From an uncultured Rivularia sp. (GTDB lineage Bacteria; Cyanobacteriota; Cyanobacteriia; Cyanobacteriales; Nostocaceae), in the NCBI GenBank assembly GCA_963665115.1, contig OY762007.1:4992001-5056000 (forward strand): a stretch of 64,000 nucleotides of DNA. The letters are read 5' to 3'. Position 1 is the stretch's first letter, and each line of letters starts with the position of its first letter. This document shows positions 39,155 through 49,027 of this stretch, one piece after another. The notes beneath the pieces are model-generated. The model searched no databases and was not told the DNA's origin. It saw nothing but the letters and a program-made list of their open reading frames with translations. Both the position numbers and the translations under genes were made by a program.

Positions 39155-41482
39155 TCATTCTTGTTGATATTCTAAATCGTCTGACTCGTATTGTTGCGGC
39201 ATATAGTAACCCGGAGTTTCCGAATCGCGATCGCTTCCTCCTTCATCGTTACCTACAGTCACTAAGTCAATTTGCTGGCGGTAATAATCGACACTCTTGA
39301 CCTGTACGGCTACACGGTCGCCGAGTCGATAAGATGCCCGATTTTTACGACCGAACAATGCTTGCTGACGAGCGCGATATTCGTACCAATCATCTTTGAG
39401 AGAACTTACGTGTACTAGCCCTTCTACCCGCAAAGGTATGTTGCTAATTTCTTCAGTTTCTTGTGCCGGTACTTCAATTTCTACGAAGAATCCGTATGAT
39501 TGAACGCCAGTAATTACGCCACTGAAGACTTCGCCAATTCGCTGCTTCATTAAAGCGGCTCTTTTAAGCCCTTCTAAATCCGCTTCAGCTTCTTGGACTT
39601 CCTTTTCTCTATCGTTGATTTGGGTAATCACCCTTGCCAAATCGGTTTGCAGTTCTTGCTGTAGCTCTGGAGGTAACACGTTCCAGTTAATTTCACCGTG
39701 GCAATTACTAGAACGTAAATTCACCCGTTCCTTCACCCGAGTATTGCGGCGATCGCGTCCGTTTTCGATTAAGGCATAATATACCCGTTGCATCAATAAA
39801 TCGGGATAGCGTCGTAAGGGAGAGGTGCAGTGAAGATAACCTTCTGGTAAGGCTAAACCGAAGTGTCCTCCTTGATTAGTAGTATAAGTAGGTGGTTTAA
39901 GGGTGTCTTGCAATAAATAGGTCAAAACTTGTTCGGAAGCAGATTCAGCAAACACTTTAGTTAAGTGTTGATAATCTAAAGGTTGAATCTCAATATCATC
40001 TGGTAAAGCTAGTTCCACACCCAAATTAATTGCTAATTTGAGCATTTCTTGCACGTCATCTGGATCTGGTGCCCCTTGAACTCGCCAAATCGCAGGAACA
40101 CCCAAAGCATTCAAATGAATCGCCATTAATTGATTTGTTAACAATACTAATTCCGTTAACAAAGAACTAACTGACGAATCTGTTTGGGTAACGCAGCCGC
40201 TTGCACCTTCATCAAAGAAGGGGTTTTGGTTGGAAGGCAGATTTAACTGTAAGCTACCTCTTGCCAAACGTTGCTCCTTAAGAACTATTGCTAAGGCTTG
40301 CAACTGTTGCAGCATTTCTACAACTTCGGGAGCTTCTTTTGTTTCGGCAGCAAGAACTCCTAAAGTTTGCTTTTGGTTTAAATCCGTATCAACGTTAACT
40401 ATGCTCGGCTGAATTTGCCAATCGAGAACTTCTCCCGTTTCCCCATCTAAGGTAGTCAGAAAAGAAATTGCCAAACGATCGCTTCCGGTAACTAGCGAAC
40501 TTCTTGCAGCTACAGCATCCGGTAGCATAGACAAGACTAGTTTTCCTAAATAAACGCTTCTTCCCCGCTTTAAAGCTTCTCGATCCAAAGCTTCATCTGG
40601 CTTTACGTAATGAGAAACGTCAGCAATATGGAAACCTAGCAACCAGTTTCCTTCTTCAGTTTCTTCCAGCGAGATGGCATTTTCTCTAACTTTTGAAGAA
40701 TCCGCGTTAGCGCAAATGCTAATAGTGAACTTGTCTGTTAAATCCAGTCGATTTTTTCGGTCTGCTTTGAGTATCCTTTTGGGCAATTTAGCAGCTACAT
40801 CTTCGACATTATCCGAGAAAGTACGGGAAAGGTCGTGTTTGCAGGTAACTAAATCAATATCAGCAGCAGCTTCCGCATCGCTACCGAGAATTTGCACCAC
40901 CTTACCTAATGGTGGGTACTGAGCCAAAGGATAGCGCAGTACCTGAACGTGGGCGAGATGGTCGATAGCGTTGTCTAAAGTGACACCATTTTGCCGTAAT
41001 TTAAGTTCAAACAGCAGGCGATCGTCCAAAGGTACGGCGCGGAAACCTCCTTCGATTTGTTTAATTCGCGCTAACAAAGTGTGGTTAGAACGTTCTAAAA
41101 CCAGCTTCACCTCACCTTCAGGAGAACGTCGGCGACTACCTTCTTTAAGAACTCTAACTAAAACGCGATCGCCATTCCAAGCATTGCTCAAATGGCTTTC
41201 TCGAATATAAATATCTTCAGCAGCTTCTATATCTTGAATTGCAAAGCAAAAGCCCTTAGAAGAACACCGGAGTTTAGCTTCAATTAAAGAATCTTCTGAA
41301 AGACGACGGTACTTGCCTCGTTCTTTCGCCAAAATTCCGATTTTTTCTAAAACATCTAAGGCAATTTCCAGTTTTTGTATACTGTCATCATCTTCACAAC
41401 CAAGTTTTTTTTCTAGAAGTTTGCGAGCTACCAATTTATCATCAGTAAAATTGGCAAGGAGTGTAGCGATTGAAAATTCCAT
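39155..41482 (-). CDS. rnr: Ribonuclease R / RNB family exoribonuclease
   Basis: Cold-shock domains, HIADVSHYV, HFGLA...TSPLRRYPDL, C-terminal S1 domain. Confidence 0.9.
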   Translation of the reverse strand: MEFSIATLLANFTDDKLVARKLLEKKLGCEDDDSIQKLEIALDVLEKIGILAKERGKYRRLSEDSLIEAKLRCSSKGFCFAIQDIEAAEDIYIRESHLSNAWNGDRVLVRVLKEGSRRRSPEGEVKLVLERSNHTLLARIKQIEGGFRAVPLDDRLLFELKLRQNGVTLDNAIDHLAHVQVLRYPLAQYPPLGKVVQILGSDAEAAADIDLVTCKHDLSRTFSDNVEDVAAKLPKRILKADRKNRLDLTDKFTISICANADSSKVRENAISLEETEEGNWLLGFHIADVSHYVKPDEALDREALKRGRSVYLGKLVLSMLPDAVAARSSLVTGSDRLAISFLTTLDGETGEVLDWQIQPSIVNVDTDLNQKQTLGVLAAETKEAPEVVEMLQQLQALAIVLKEQRLARGSLQLNLPSNQNPFFDEGASGCVTQTDSSVSSLLTELVLLTNQLMAIHLNALGVPAIWRVQGAPDPDDVQEMLKLAINLGVELALPDDIEIQPLDYQHLTKVFAESASEQVLTYLLQDTLKPPTYTTNQGGHFGLALPEGYLHCTSPLRRYPDLLMQRVYYALIENGRDRRNTRVKERVNLRSSNCHGEINWNVLPPELQQELQTDLARVITQINDREKEVQEAEADLEGLKRAALMKQRIGEVFSGVITGVQSYGFFVEIEVPAQETEEISNIPLRVEGLVHVSSLKDDWYEYRARQQALFGRKNRASYRLGDRVAVQVKSVDYYRQQIDLVTVGNDEGGSDRDSETPGYYMPQQYESDDLEYQQE

Positions 41483-41754
41483 GCACTGAACCGACATAGA
41501 GGTCAAAACATCTTTTTTTAATTGGTTAGCCTTCTTACGTATACCCTCACAAAAGGTAAAGAAGTCAATCAATTTTCGATTTGGAGTTTGCGCTTTTGGA
41601 TTGAAACTCCAGATTTTCCGTAGGTTTAAAAGATTCTAGTAAGCCAAGCGGGAAATTAGAATGACAAGCAGGCGACAAGTTTCATAAGACTAAAATTGCC
41701 TTAAACAGAAACCATAATCCAAAATCCCGGACACTTACTTATGGGGGAAACCAC

Positions 41755-41868
41755 ACCAGTTGCTACAACGCGGCGGCAGTCCCCTCGTACTGCGGGAGAC
41801 GACCCACGGGGCTGCCTTGGGAACCCGCGCAACGCAATGGTTTGCGAACCTCCGCAACGGACTGGCTC
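41755..41868 (+). repeat. Multiply nested structured dispersed repeats
   Basis: CCAGTTGCTACAACGCGG[CGGCAGTCCCC...GGGGCTGCCTTG]GGAACCCGCGCAACGCAATGG followed by GAACCTCCGCAACGGACTGG. Confidence 0.7.
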
Positions 41869-42109
41869 CCCAAAAGCGTAATGTCCTTTAAATCTAAAAT
41901 TGGTTCGGTCATCTAGAAACGAATTACCCGCCCCCATAGAGGGTATTACACGATTAATGTACTTAGTTTGTTTGGGCTCTTGAGCCAACATCATCGCCAA
42001 TCTGACAAAGCACGCCTAAAATTATTATTACCCCACCGTTGTAATTATCAGCAGCGAAGTTTAAAGAAAGGCAACATGGGAACAAATTGAATTACTAAGC
42101 AGGCCGTTT

Positions 42110-42285
42110 ATCAATCTGCGGTAAACTAGTCCGCGTTCAATTGTTCGACACGTTTGGCGACTTTGACACCATCAAACTCTGAGAATGTACTCGGAGAAAC
42201 TGCCGACAAGCCGAACTGCCCCTACGTAGAATCGGTAACAATTACGATAGCAGCCAAACCGCCTCGGGAGGTGGAACCATTACTT
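42110..42285 (-). ncRNA. ssaA: Cyanobacterial 6S RNA (6Sa); ends approximate
   Basis: Minus strand ...CCCGAGGCGGTTTGGCTGCTATCGT.ATTGTTACCGA...GTAGGGGCA.TTCGGC...TTTGATGGTGTCA...AATTGAACGCGG resembles cyanobacterial 6S as I recall it; TACAAT -10 box just upstream (42289-42294). Confidence 0.85.
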
Positions 42286-43154
42286 TATATTGTAGATAAG
42301 GAGGGTACTTCCAGAAAATAGTTCTGGATAGCAATTTGGGTATTTAGTATAGCATCGATAGCAATACTACTAAAAATTACTCACTACTCAGCCAAGAAAT
42401 TACTTTATTGACTTCATCTTTTCCTACAATCGGAACAGTTCACCCACTTATGAAAGAAGGTTTGAATTTAATAGTGGAACTTTTACACAAGATTTTTGAG
42501 AAAAATTCTTGTCTAATAAGAAAAGAACATAAGCCACTATTTTTGTTCCAACGAACAAGCTAAACTAACACCCATAAGCGTATACGTCGCATTCTATTTA
42601 TGGCAAGCCTTCGTCTCAAATGCCCCCATGCCGCGAAGCACGAATCTAGCTTTTAGAATGCTAATAACTTTAACGCACGCGGTGGTTAAAATTAAGTATG
42701 CTCAATCAATTGTAGGTCAGATGCCAATCGAATGGTTAATAGAAGTACGGTTATATAGTAGTTTACTACGCCGCTATGCAACGGGGGTAGTTAACCTGAC
42801 TTGAAACATCTAAAAAACCACTCCCACCATAACCTGACTTGTGTTAGGGTTATCTTGCGGTGTAACCCCGAACTATTTTTCGGCAAAGAAAAATAATATA
42901 TTGCACTATTAGAAGGCACCTTCGGTAAACACCATAACACATCAAAAGCTTGTAACAAGTTTTGCGATACACAATCCTCGATACATTAAAAAGGAAAAAT
43001 GACCGTAACTTAATTTTCTTGATTAAAAATTCTTGATTCAATTGTTGAATTCACAAATAATTTTTAGCTTTGTGGTTGTGGTTTAGATGAAAAATCAAAA
43101 CTCTAACAGCAACCATTCATCCATGTAAAGCAGACTTAAATTGGTAGCAATATT

Positions 43155-44135
43155 ATGTTGGCTCAATTTCAGAGCTTGTATCCTACAGGTAGTCTTACCA
43201 CTGAATTACTAGAGATTCACCACGGTAAATATGTCGTTCGTTCCAGCGTGCAAATTGAAGGCGTAACCCGCGCTACGGGAATGGCTGCCGCTGACACTAT
43301 TGAAGAAGCAGAAGATAGATCCAGAGCTAGAGCATTAATGGTTTTAGCAATGAAGGGTGAGAAACCGCAACCAGAAGTACAGCATCAAGAAGTTGCAGCT
43401 TCTCCAAAAGCAAGTTTAGAGCTAGCTTCAAATAGTTCGTTAACTACCGAAAAAGCCGCAGTAAAGGAACGCTCGACTAACAGCGAATCTACAGAAGTAA
43501 CGGAAACTTCCGTATCAAAAGCTCCACCAGCTATTTCTACTGAAGTAACGGAAACTCCCGTATCAAAAGCTCCACCAACTATTTCTACTGAAGTAGCAGA
43601 AACAACCGTATCAAATACTCCACTAGCAAACTCTCCCGAAGAAATACAAACTTCAGATGATATATCGCCCGTTCCCGAGGTTTTCTCGGTAGAAGATGAC
43701 AGCGATATTTACAGCCAAGAATTTGATAAACCATTACCGCTACCAACATATGACGAGCCGGAAGTTGATATACCAGTAGAAAATACGGATATGGCATTCG
43801 ACGATCGAGAAGAAGAACCAGCTTCGAGTAATGCTACCTCCGCAAGTAAAAGCAGCAATGGAAGAACTACGAAGAAAACAACCAAAACAACCACAACCAA
43901 AAGAAAGAAAAAGACCGAACCCATTGATTTATCTGACGTAATAGCCAAAACCGACGTTGAAATGGAGCGTCTAAGTTGGACTCCCCAGCAAGGAAGGGAA
44001 TATTTAATCAACACTTACGGTAAACGAGGACGTACTTTGCTTACCGAAGAAGAACTACTTGATTTTCTTCAGTATTTAGAATCCATACCCACGCAAACAG
44101 AACTTTCCGAAGCAGATCCATTAGCAGGATTTTAA
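43155..44135 (+). CDS. Conserved cyanobacterial hypothetical protein with disordered linker
   Basis: N-terminal FQSLYP.GSL..EL...E.AEDR.R.RA; C-terminal L.WT..QGREYL..TYGKR.R.LLT.EEL.DFLQYL; three 48-nt repeats at 43488-43631. Confidence 0.8.
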   Translation: MLAQFQSLYPTGSLTTELLEIHHGKYVVRSSVQIEGVTRATGMAAADTIEEAEDRSRARALMVLAMKGEKPQPEVQHQEVAASPKASLELASNSSLTTEKAAVKERSTNSESTEVTETSVSKAPPAISTEVTETPVSKAPPTISTEVAETTVSNTPLANSPEEIQTSDDISPVPEVFSVEDDSDIYSQEFDKPLPLPTYDEPEVDIPVENTDMAFDDREEEPASSNATSASKSSNGRTTKKTTKTTTTKRKKKTEPIDLSDVIAKTDVEMERLSWTPQQGREYLINTYGKRGRTLLTEEELLDFLQYLESIPTQTELSEADPLAGF

Positions 44136-44192
44136 GATTAGTTAAGAGTTAGGAGTTAGGAGTTATCCTCCCCTCTTCTATGCCCAATTCGC

Positions 44193-44228
44193 AAAAAAAC
44201 ACCCCCCGAACCAAATCGAGGGGTATTT
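44193..44228. terminator. Probable terminator between convergent genes
   Basis: A-tract followed by imperfect stem ACCCCCCGA-loop-TCGAGGGGT. Confidence 0.55.
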
Positions 44229-44254
44229 ATCTAAAATTTGAATTGCAAATTGCT

Positions 44255-44779
44255 TTAATAAGCGTCTTGCAATTCATAAAAGTCGGGCGAAATATAATCT
44301 TTACGTAAGGGATAACCTACCCAATCTTCTGGCATCAAAATTCGTTTTAAGTTTGGATGTCCTTCGTACACAATGCCGTACATATCGTAGGACTCGCGCT
44401 CTTGCCAATCTGCTGTTCTCCAAATCCAATACACGGAAGGTACGGTCGGATTTTCGCGAGGCAAGAATACTTTTACACGTACTTCTTCGGGTCTGTCAGC
44501 ATTATCACTGATTTTTGCCAAGTGGTACATACTGACTAATTGCTCTCCTGGACCTAAATCAATGCCGCATTGACACTGGAGATAGTTAAATCCATAAGCA
44601 TATAAAGCAGTACAAATAGGTAGCAGAAAATCTGACTCTACCTTAATGATTTCGACTCCAGCATGGTCTGCATCTAAAGACTCATGAGCAAAGTCGTTTT
44701 CAGTTAACCATTGGGAAACTTTACCTGCTTCAACAGGAGACTGTTCCTCTGCTGGTACTGGTTTTGTTTCTTCAGCCAC
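44255..44779 (-). CDS. ndhJ: NDH-1 subunit J
   Basis: [47 protein letters not shown]. Confidence 0.97.
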   Translation of the reverse strand: MAEETKPVPAEEQSPVEAGKVSQWLTENDFAHESLDADHAGVEIIKVESDFLLPICTALYAYGFNYLQCQCGIDLGPGEQLVSMYHLAKISDNADRPEEVRVKVFLPRENPTVPSVYWIWRTADWQERESYDMYGIVYEGHPNLKRILMPEDWVGYPLRKDYISPDFYELQDAY

Positions 44780-45509
44780 GTTCTACCTCCTCTTTCTCTT
44801 TAGAAGTCAATAAAGCAGGAGGTATTGGCATACCAATGCTTTCGGCTAATTCTTTTGGTGGAGTATCGCGGGTTTCCGAGCGTAAATATTTACCAGTGAG
44901 AATTTCTTCTACTGGCTTCATGCTGTGAGTGGTGCTGTAATAGCGATGAGTTTGTTTAATCAAATCGCGCTCTTGCATGGAATCATCAGCAATCTTTTTC
45001 CGCAACTTAATAATTGCGTCAATAATCGCTTCCGGACGTGGAGGACAACCGGGTAAATAAACATCCACCGGAATTAACTTATCAACTCCCCGAACTGCGG
45101 TAGGAGAATCAACGCTGAACATACCGCCAGTAATTGTGCAAGCACCCATAGCAATAACATACTTGGGTTCTGGCATTTGTTCGTAAAGACGCACTAATTG
45201 GGGTGCCATCTTCATTGTGATAGTACCCGCAGTGATGATTAAATCGGCTTGACGGGGACTAGAACGAGGGATTAAGCCAAAACGATCAAAATCGAATCGA
45301 GAGCCAATTAAAGCGGCAAATTCGATAAAGCAGCAAGCAGTACCGAATAACAAAGGCCACAAACTAGAAAGCCGCGCCCAGTTGTAGAGGTCATCAACTG
45401 TAGTTAAAATGACATTTTCCGATAATTCTTGAGTAACGTTGGGACGCTGTATCGGATTGAGAATACGTTCTTGATTTTGTTCTATGCCTTTTGTATTGTC
45501 TAAGACCAT
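44772..45509 (-). CDS. ndhK: NDH-1 subunit K
   Basis: [31 protein letters not shown]. Confidence 0.98.
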   Translation of the reverse strand: MVLDNTKGIEQNQERILNPIQRPNVTQELSENVILTTVDDLYNWARLSSLWPLLFGTACCFIEFAALIGSRFDFDRFGLIPRSSPRQADLIITAGTITMKMAPQLVRLYEQMPEPKYVIAMGACTITGGMFSVDSPTAVRGVDKLIPVDVYLPGCPPRPEAIIDAIIKLRKKIADDSMQERDLIKQTHRYYSTTHSMKPVEEILTGKYLRSETRDTPPKELAESIGMPIPPALLTSKEKEEVERG

Positions 45510-45862
45510 TCCAAAGCTCCTTTACGCCATGCGTACACTAGGGCAATTACGAGAATTGCTATAAAAACAAGCGCTTCAATAAATGCAAGCAAACCCAGAC
45601 GATGGAATGCAACAGCCCAAGGATATAAGAACACAGTCTCAACATCAAAGACTACGAATACTAGCGCAAACATATAGTAGCGAATATTGAACTGAATCCA
45701 GGCTCCACCAATGGGTTCCATGCCGGATTCGTAAGTGGTGCGACGTTCGGGGCTGCGACTGCTCGGCCGTAGAAGTTTAGAAGCAGACAAAGCTAGTGCA
45801 GGCACCAAGCTGCACACTATCAAGAAGCCTAGAAGGTATTCGTAACCGCTTAGGACAAACAC
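45500..45862 (-). CDS. ndhC: NDH-1 subunit C (3)
   Basis: [30 protein letters not shown]. Confidence 0.98.
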   Translation of the reverse strand: MFVLSGYEYLLGFLIVCSLVPALALSASKLLRPSSRSPERRTTYESGMEPIGGAWIQFNIRYYMFALVFVVFDVETVFLYPWAVAFHRLGLLAFIEALVFIAILVIALVYAWRKGALEWS

Positions 45863-46060
45863 AATAAATACAAATCCGTTATTAACGTTAGAAACTTTGT
45901 AATTTCACTTAACATTCTTACATTATATCGATTTGACGGTTCTGGAACTTAGAAAACAAACCCATCAGAAGATTTGATTACTTTTTGCTTTTCATAGAAA
46001 TACCCGCCAATTATGTCATAATTTTTAACGTATATTTAAGCTTTGCCCCTAAATGGCGTT

Positions 46061-46396
46061 ATGAGCGAACAAGTTGTTGAAAGTACTGAGTTAGATCGTT
46101 ATGAATGTCGTGCCTGTGGTTACGTCTACGAACCGGAAAAAGGAGATGACAGTCATAACATTCCCTCCAATACTGCTTTTGCAGAATTACCCATAACCTG
46201 GCGTTGTCCAGTTTGCACGGCTAAAAAGAAAGCCTTTGAAAACGTAGGTCCTGCCGGGACTGCTTCTGGTTTCTCGGAAAATCTTGGCTATGGACTTGGT
46301 GTTAATAAGCTCACCCCCGGTCAAAAAAATATCTTGATTTTTGGCGCTTTGGCTCTTGGTTTCTTGTTTTTTCTCAGTCTGTATGGCTTAAAATAA
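46061..46396 (+). CDS. rubA: Membrane-anchored rubredoxin
   Basis: CRACGYVY...WRCPVC plus C-terminal helix; upstream of ycf48. Confidence 0.95.
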   Translation: MSEQVVESTELDRYECRACGYVYEPEKGDDSHNIPSNTAFAELPITWRCPVCTAKKKAFENVGPAGTASGFSENLGYGLGVNKLTPGQKNILIFGALALGFLFFLSLYGLK

Positions 46397-46494
46397 GAAG
46401 CTACGTATGTAAAGCTGGGCACATAATCTACCATTAGCCACCGAAGCTTTTAACACACCAATTAACAAAATTAATCAAAAGTAAACTGATAGAA

Positions 46495-47517
46495 ATGTTG
46501 CCAATTATGAGAATTGGAAGACGAATATTAGCATTGTTGGCGATCGCCCTAATTTGTTTCGGTTGCAGTAGCGTTCCTTCCATGAGTTACAACCCTTGGG
46601 AGGTAATTTCTCTACCTACTGATTCCAAGCTATTTGATATAGGTTTTACCGATGACCCCAATCATGGCTTCATCGTTGGTAATAAATCGACCCTTTTGGA
46701 AACAAAAGACGCTGGCGAATCTTGGAATCCTATTGCTTTACAGCTAGGCGATGACAATTACCGTTTTAACGCAATTGATTTTGACGGAAATGAAGGGTGG
46801 ATAGCTGCGGAACCTTCCATTTTGCTACACACCACCGATGAAGGCAAAACTTGGTCGAGCATTCCTTTGAGCGAGAAATTACCCGGTAATCCTGTCAGCA
46901 TTGTGGCTTTGGGTAAGGATAAAGCTGAAATGGCGACCGATGTCGGAGCAATATATAAAACCGAAGATGCCGGTAAAAATTGGAAGGCGCAAGTTGAAGA
47001 ATCTGTAGGTGTTGTACGTAATATTGAACGTTCCGAGGATGGAAGATACATTGCTGTTTCCGGTAAAGGGAACTTTTATTCCACTTGGGAACCCGGACAA
47101 AACGCTTGGGTTCAGCACAACCGCAACAGTTCTCGCAAAGTAGAAAACATGGGTTTTGCTGAGAATGGTCAAACGTGGATGTTAGCCAGAGGTGGACAGC
47201 TACAGTTCAGCGAACCAAACAATTTGGAAGAATGGCTTGATGCTCAATACCCAGAAATATCAACCAGTTGGGGCTTGCTCGATTTAGCCTACCAGACTCC
47301 ATCCGATGTATGGCTTAGCGGAGGTAGTGCTAACTTACTCCACAGCATCGACGGAGGAGAAACCTGGGAAAAAGATCGCGATGTAGAAGATGTTGCAACA
47401 AATTTTTACAAAATCGTTTTCTTATCTCCTAAGAAAGGATTTATTATCGGGGATCGGGGCTTTTTATTGAAGTATCAACCTGATATTGCACCGCCAACTG
47501 AGGCATCTGAAGCTTAA
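46495..47517 (+). CDS. ycf48: PSII assembly factor Ycf48/HCF136
   Basis: Lipobox FGC; BNR-like T.D.G..W repeats; GNFYSTW.PG; synteny with psbEFLJ. Confidence 0.95.
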   Translation: MLPIMRIGRRILALLAIALICFGCSSVPSMSYNPWEVISLPTDSKLFDIGFTDDPNHGFIVGNKSTLLETKDAGESWNPIALQLGDDNYRFNAIDFDGNEGWIAAEPSILLHTTDEGKTWSSIPLSEKLPGNPVSIVALGKDKAEMATDVGAIYKTEDAGKNWKAQVEESVGVVRNIERSEDGRYIAVSGKGNFYSTWEPGQNAWVQHNRNSSRKVENMGFAENGQTWMLARGGQLQFSEPNNLEEWLDAQYPEISTSWGLLDLAYQTPSDVWLSGGSANLLHSIDGGETWEKDRDVEDVATNFYKIVFLSPKKGFIIGDRGFLLKYQPDIAPPTEASEA

Positions 47518-47646
47518 GATGAATAAAAGGGGAAAATTGTGATTGAATAATCATTCCTAATTATGAGAATTTGTTGCAACTTGTAACTCTTTCTTAAGTT
47601 TGTAGGATAATAAACACATACTTCAAGTTTTGATAGGTTAAGCATA

Positions 47647-47895
47647 ATGAGTGGAACTACCGGAGAACGTCCGTTTGGAGACATTATTACTAGTGTTCGT
47701 TACTGGGTAATTCACAGCATCACCATTCCTGCATTATTTATTGCAGGTTGGTTGTTTGTTAGCACCGGATTAGCATACGATGCATTTGGTACCCCTCGTC
47801 CAGATACCTATTTCACTCAAGAAAGGCAAGAAGTGCCACTTGTAAACAATCGTTTTGAAGCTAAAAATCAAGTTGACGTATTTACTGGAAAGTAG
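47647..47895 (+). CDS. psbE: Cytochrome b559 alpha subunit
   Basis: [28 protein letters not shown]. Confidence 0.99.
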   Translation: MSGTTGERPFGDIITSVRYWVIHSITIPALFIAGWLFVSTGLAYDAFGTPRPDTYFTQERQEVPLVNNRFEAKNQVDVFTGK

Positions 47896-47904
47896 TTTTA
47901 AGTT

Positions 47905-48042
47905 ATGACAAACTCAGATAACATCAACCAACCAATACAATATCCAATTTTTACCGTTAGATGGGTAGCGGTTCACACTTTAGCAGTACCCACCGTGTTC
48001 TTTTTAGGCGCGATCGCGGCGATGCAATTTATCCAACGCTAG
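47905..48042 (+). CDS. psbF: Cytochrome b559 beta subunit
   Basis: Manual translation [45 protein letters not shown]. Confidence 0.98.
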   Translation: MTNSDNINQPIQYPIFTVRWVAVHTLAVPTVFFLGAIAAMQFIQR

Positions 48043-48051
48043 GAGTTTTTG

Positions 48052-48171
48052 ATGGATAGAAATACTAATTCCAATAATCAGCCAGTAGAGTTAAACAGAA
48101 CATCTTTGTTCCTCGGACTACTACTAGTGTTTGTTCTAGGAATTCTTTTTTCCAGTTACTTCTTTAACTAA
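48052..48171 (+). CDS. psbL: PSII protein L
   Basis: Manual translation [39 protein letters not shown]. Confidence 0.98.
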   Translation: MDRNTNSNNQPVELNRTSLFLGLLLVFVLGILFSSYFFN

Positions 48172-48255
48172 GTTTACTGGGCACAGATTAATCTATTAAT
48201 TAATCATTTTTTATTACCTGACTCGATGTTGTGATTAAGGAGGCAAGTTAATATC

Positions 48256-48375
48256 ATGTCTGGAGGCGGAAAAATACCCTTATGGGTTGTCGCTACAATC
48301 GCAGGATTGGGCGTAATTACTGTTGTAGGCATTTTCTTCTATGGTGCCTATGCTGGAGTTGGTTCTTCTATTTAA
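48256..48375 (+). CDS. psbJ: PSII protein J
   Basis: Manual translation [39 protein letters not shown]. Confidence 0.98.
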   Translation: MSGGGKIPLWVVATIAGLGVITVVGIFFYGAYAGVGSSI

Positions 48376-48454
48376 GAAAAAGTTTGAACCATTCAAACAA
48401 GAACCGATTTTTCTAATATTTAATTAGAAATTAGAAATTAGAAATTAGAATTTG

Positions 48455-48488
48455 AAAACCGCCTGTCTGTTATAGATGGGCGGTTTTT
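48455..48488. terminator. Bidirectional intrinsic terminator between psbJ and psaI
   Basis: AAAACCGCCTGTCTG-TTA-TAGATGGGCGGTTTTT. Confidence 0.8.
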
Positions 48489-48580
48489 AATTGGTGGAAA
48501 AACGGGCAGGATGTCCATACAACAAGAGTTAGTTGTATTCAAGTGGAATATCCTGCCTGCTTGTTTACTTAAATCGAAAC

Positions 48581-48691
48581 TTAACCGATATCATCGCGTT
48601 CCATGTACAACAACATAAATGCCATTGCTACGGCTGGAAAAACAAGACCTGTCAAAGGGACGAGGACGGATGGCAGAAAAGATGCAGCCAC
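48581..48691 (-). CDS. psaI: PSI subunit VIII (GTG start)
   Basis: Manual translation MAASFLPSVLVPLTGLVFPAVAMAFMLLYMERDDIG; AGGAGG RBS. Confidence 0.95.
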   Translation of the reverse strand: MAASFLPSVLVPLTGLVFPAVAMAFMLLYMERDDIG

Positions 48692-48804
48692 AATTAAACC
48701 TCCTAAAAAATCATATTGCAATTCAAGACGAGCTTACTGCAAATTGCACCGCTATAAGGCAAAATTGTACATATTTTTAACACAAAGCTTTTAATGGAGT
48801 TGAA

Positions 48805-49022
48805 AGTGGGGAGTGGGGGAGTAGAGAGTAGGGAGTAGGGAGTAGAGAGTAGGGAGTAGGGAGTAGGGAGTAGGGAGTAGGGAGTAGGGAGTAGGGAGTA
48901 GAGAGTAGGGAGTAGGGAGTAGGGAGTAGTGAGTAGAAATAAAAGATTTATTTTTTTTTGATTGCTCTCCATTCCCCATTCCCCATTCCCCATTCCCTAT
49001 TCCCTGTTCCCTGTTCCCTATT
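48805..49022. repeat. Heptamer STRR arrays (GGAGTAG/AGAGTAG; TTCCCCA/TTCCCTG)
   Basis: Direct tandem repeats. Confidence 0.95.
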
Positions 49023-49027
49023 CTGTG

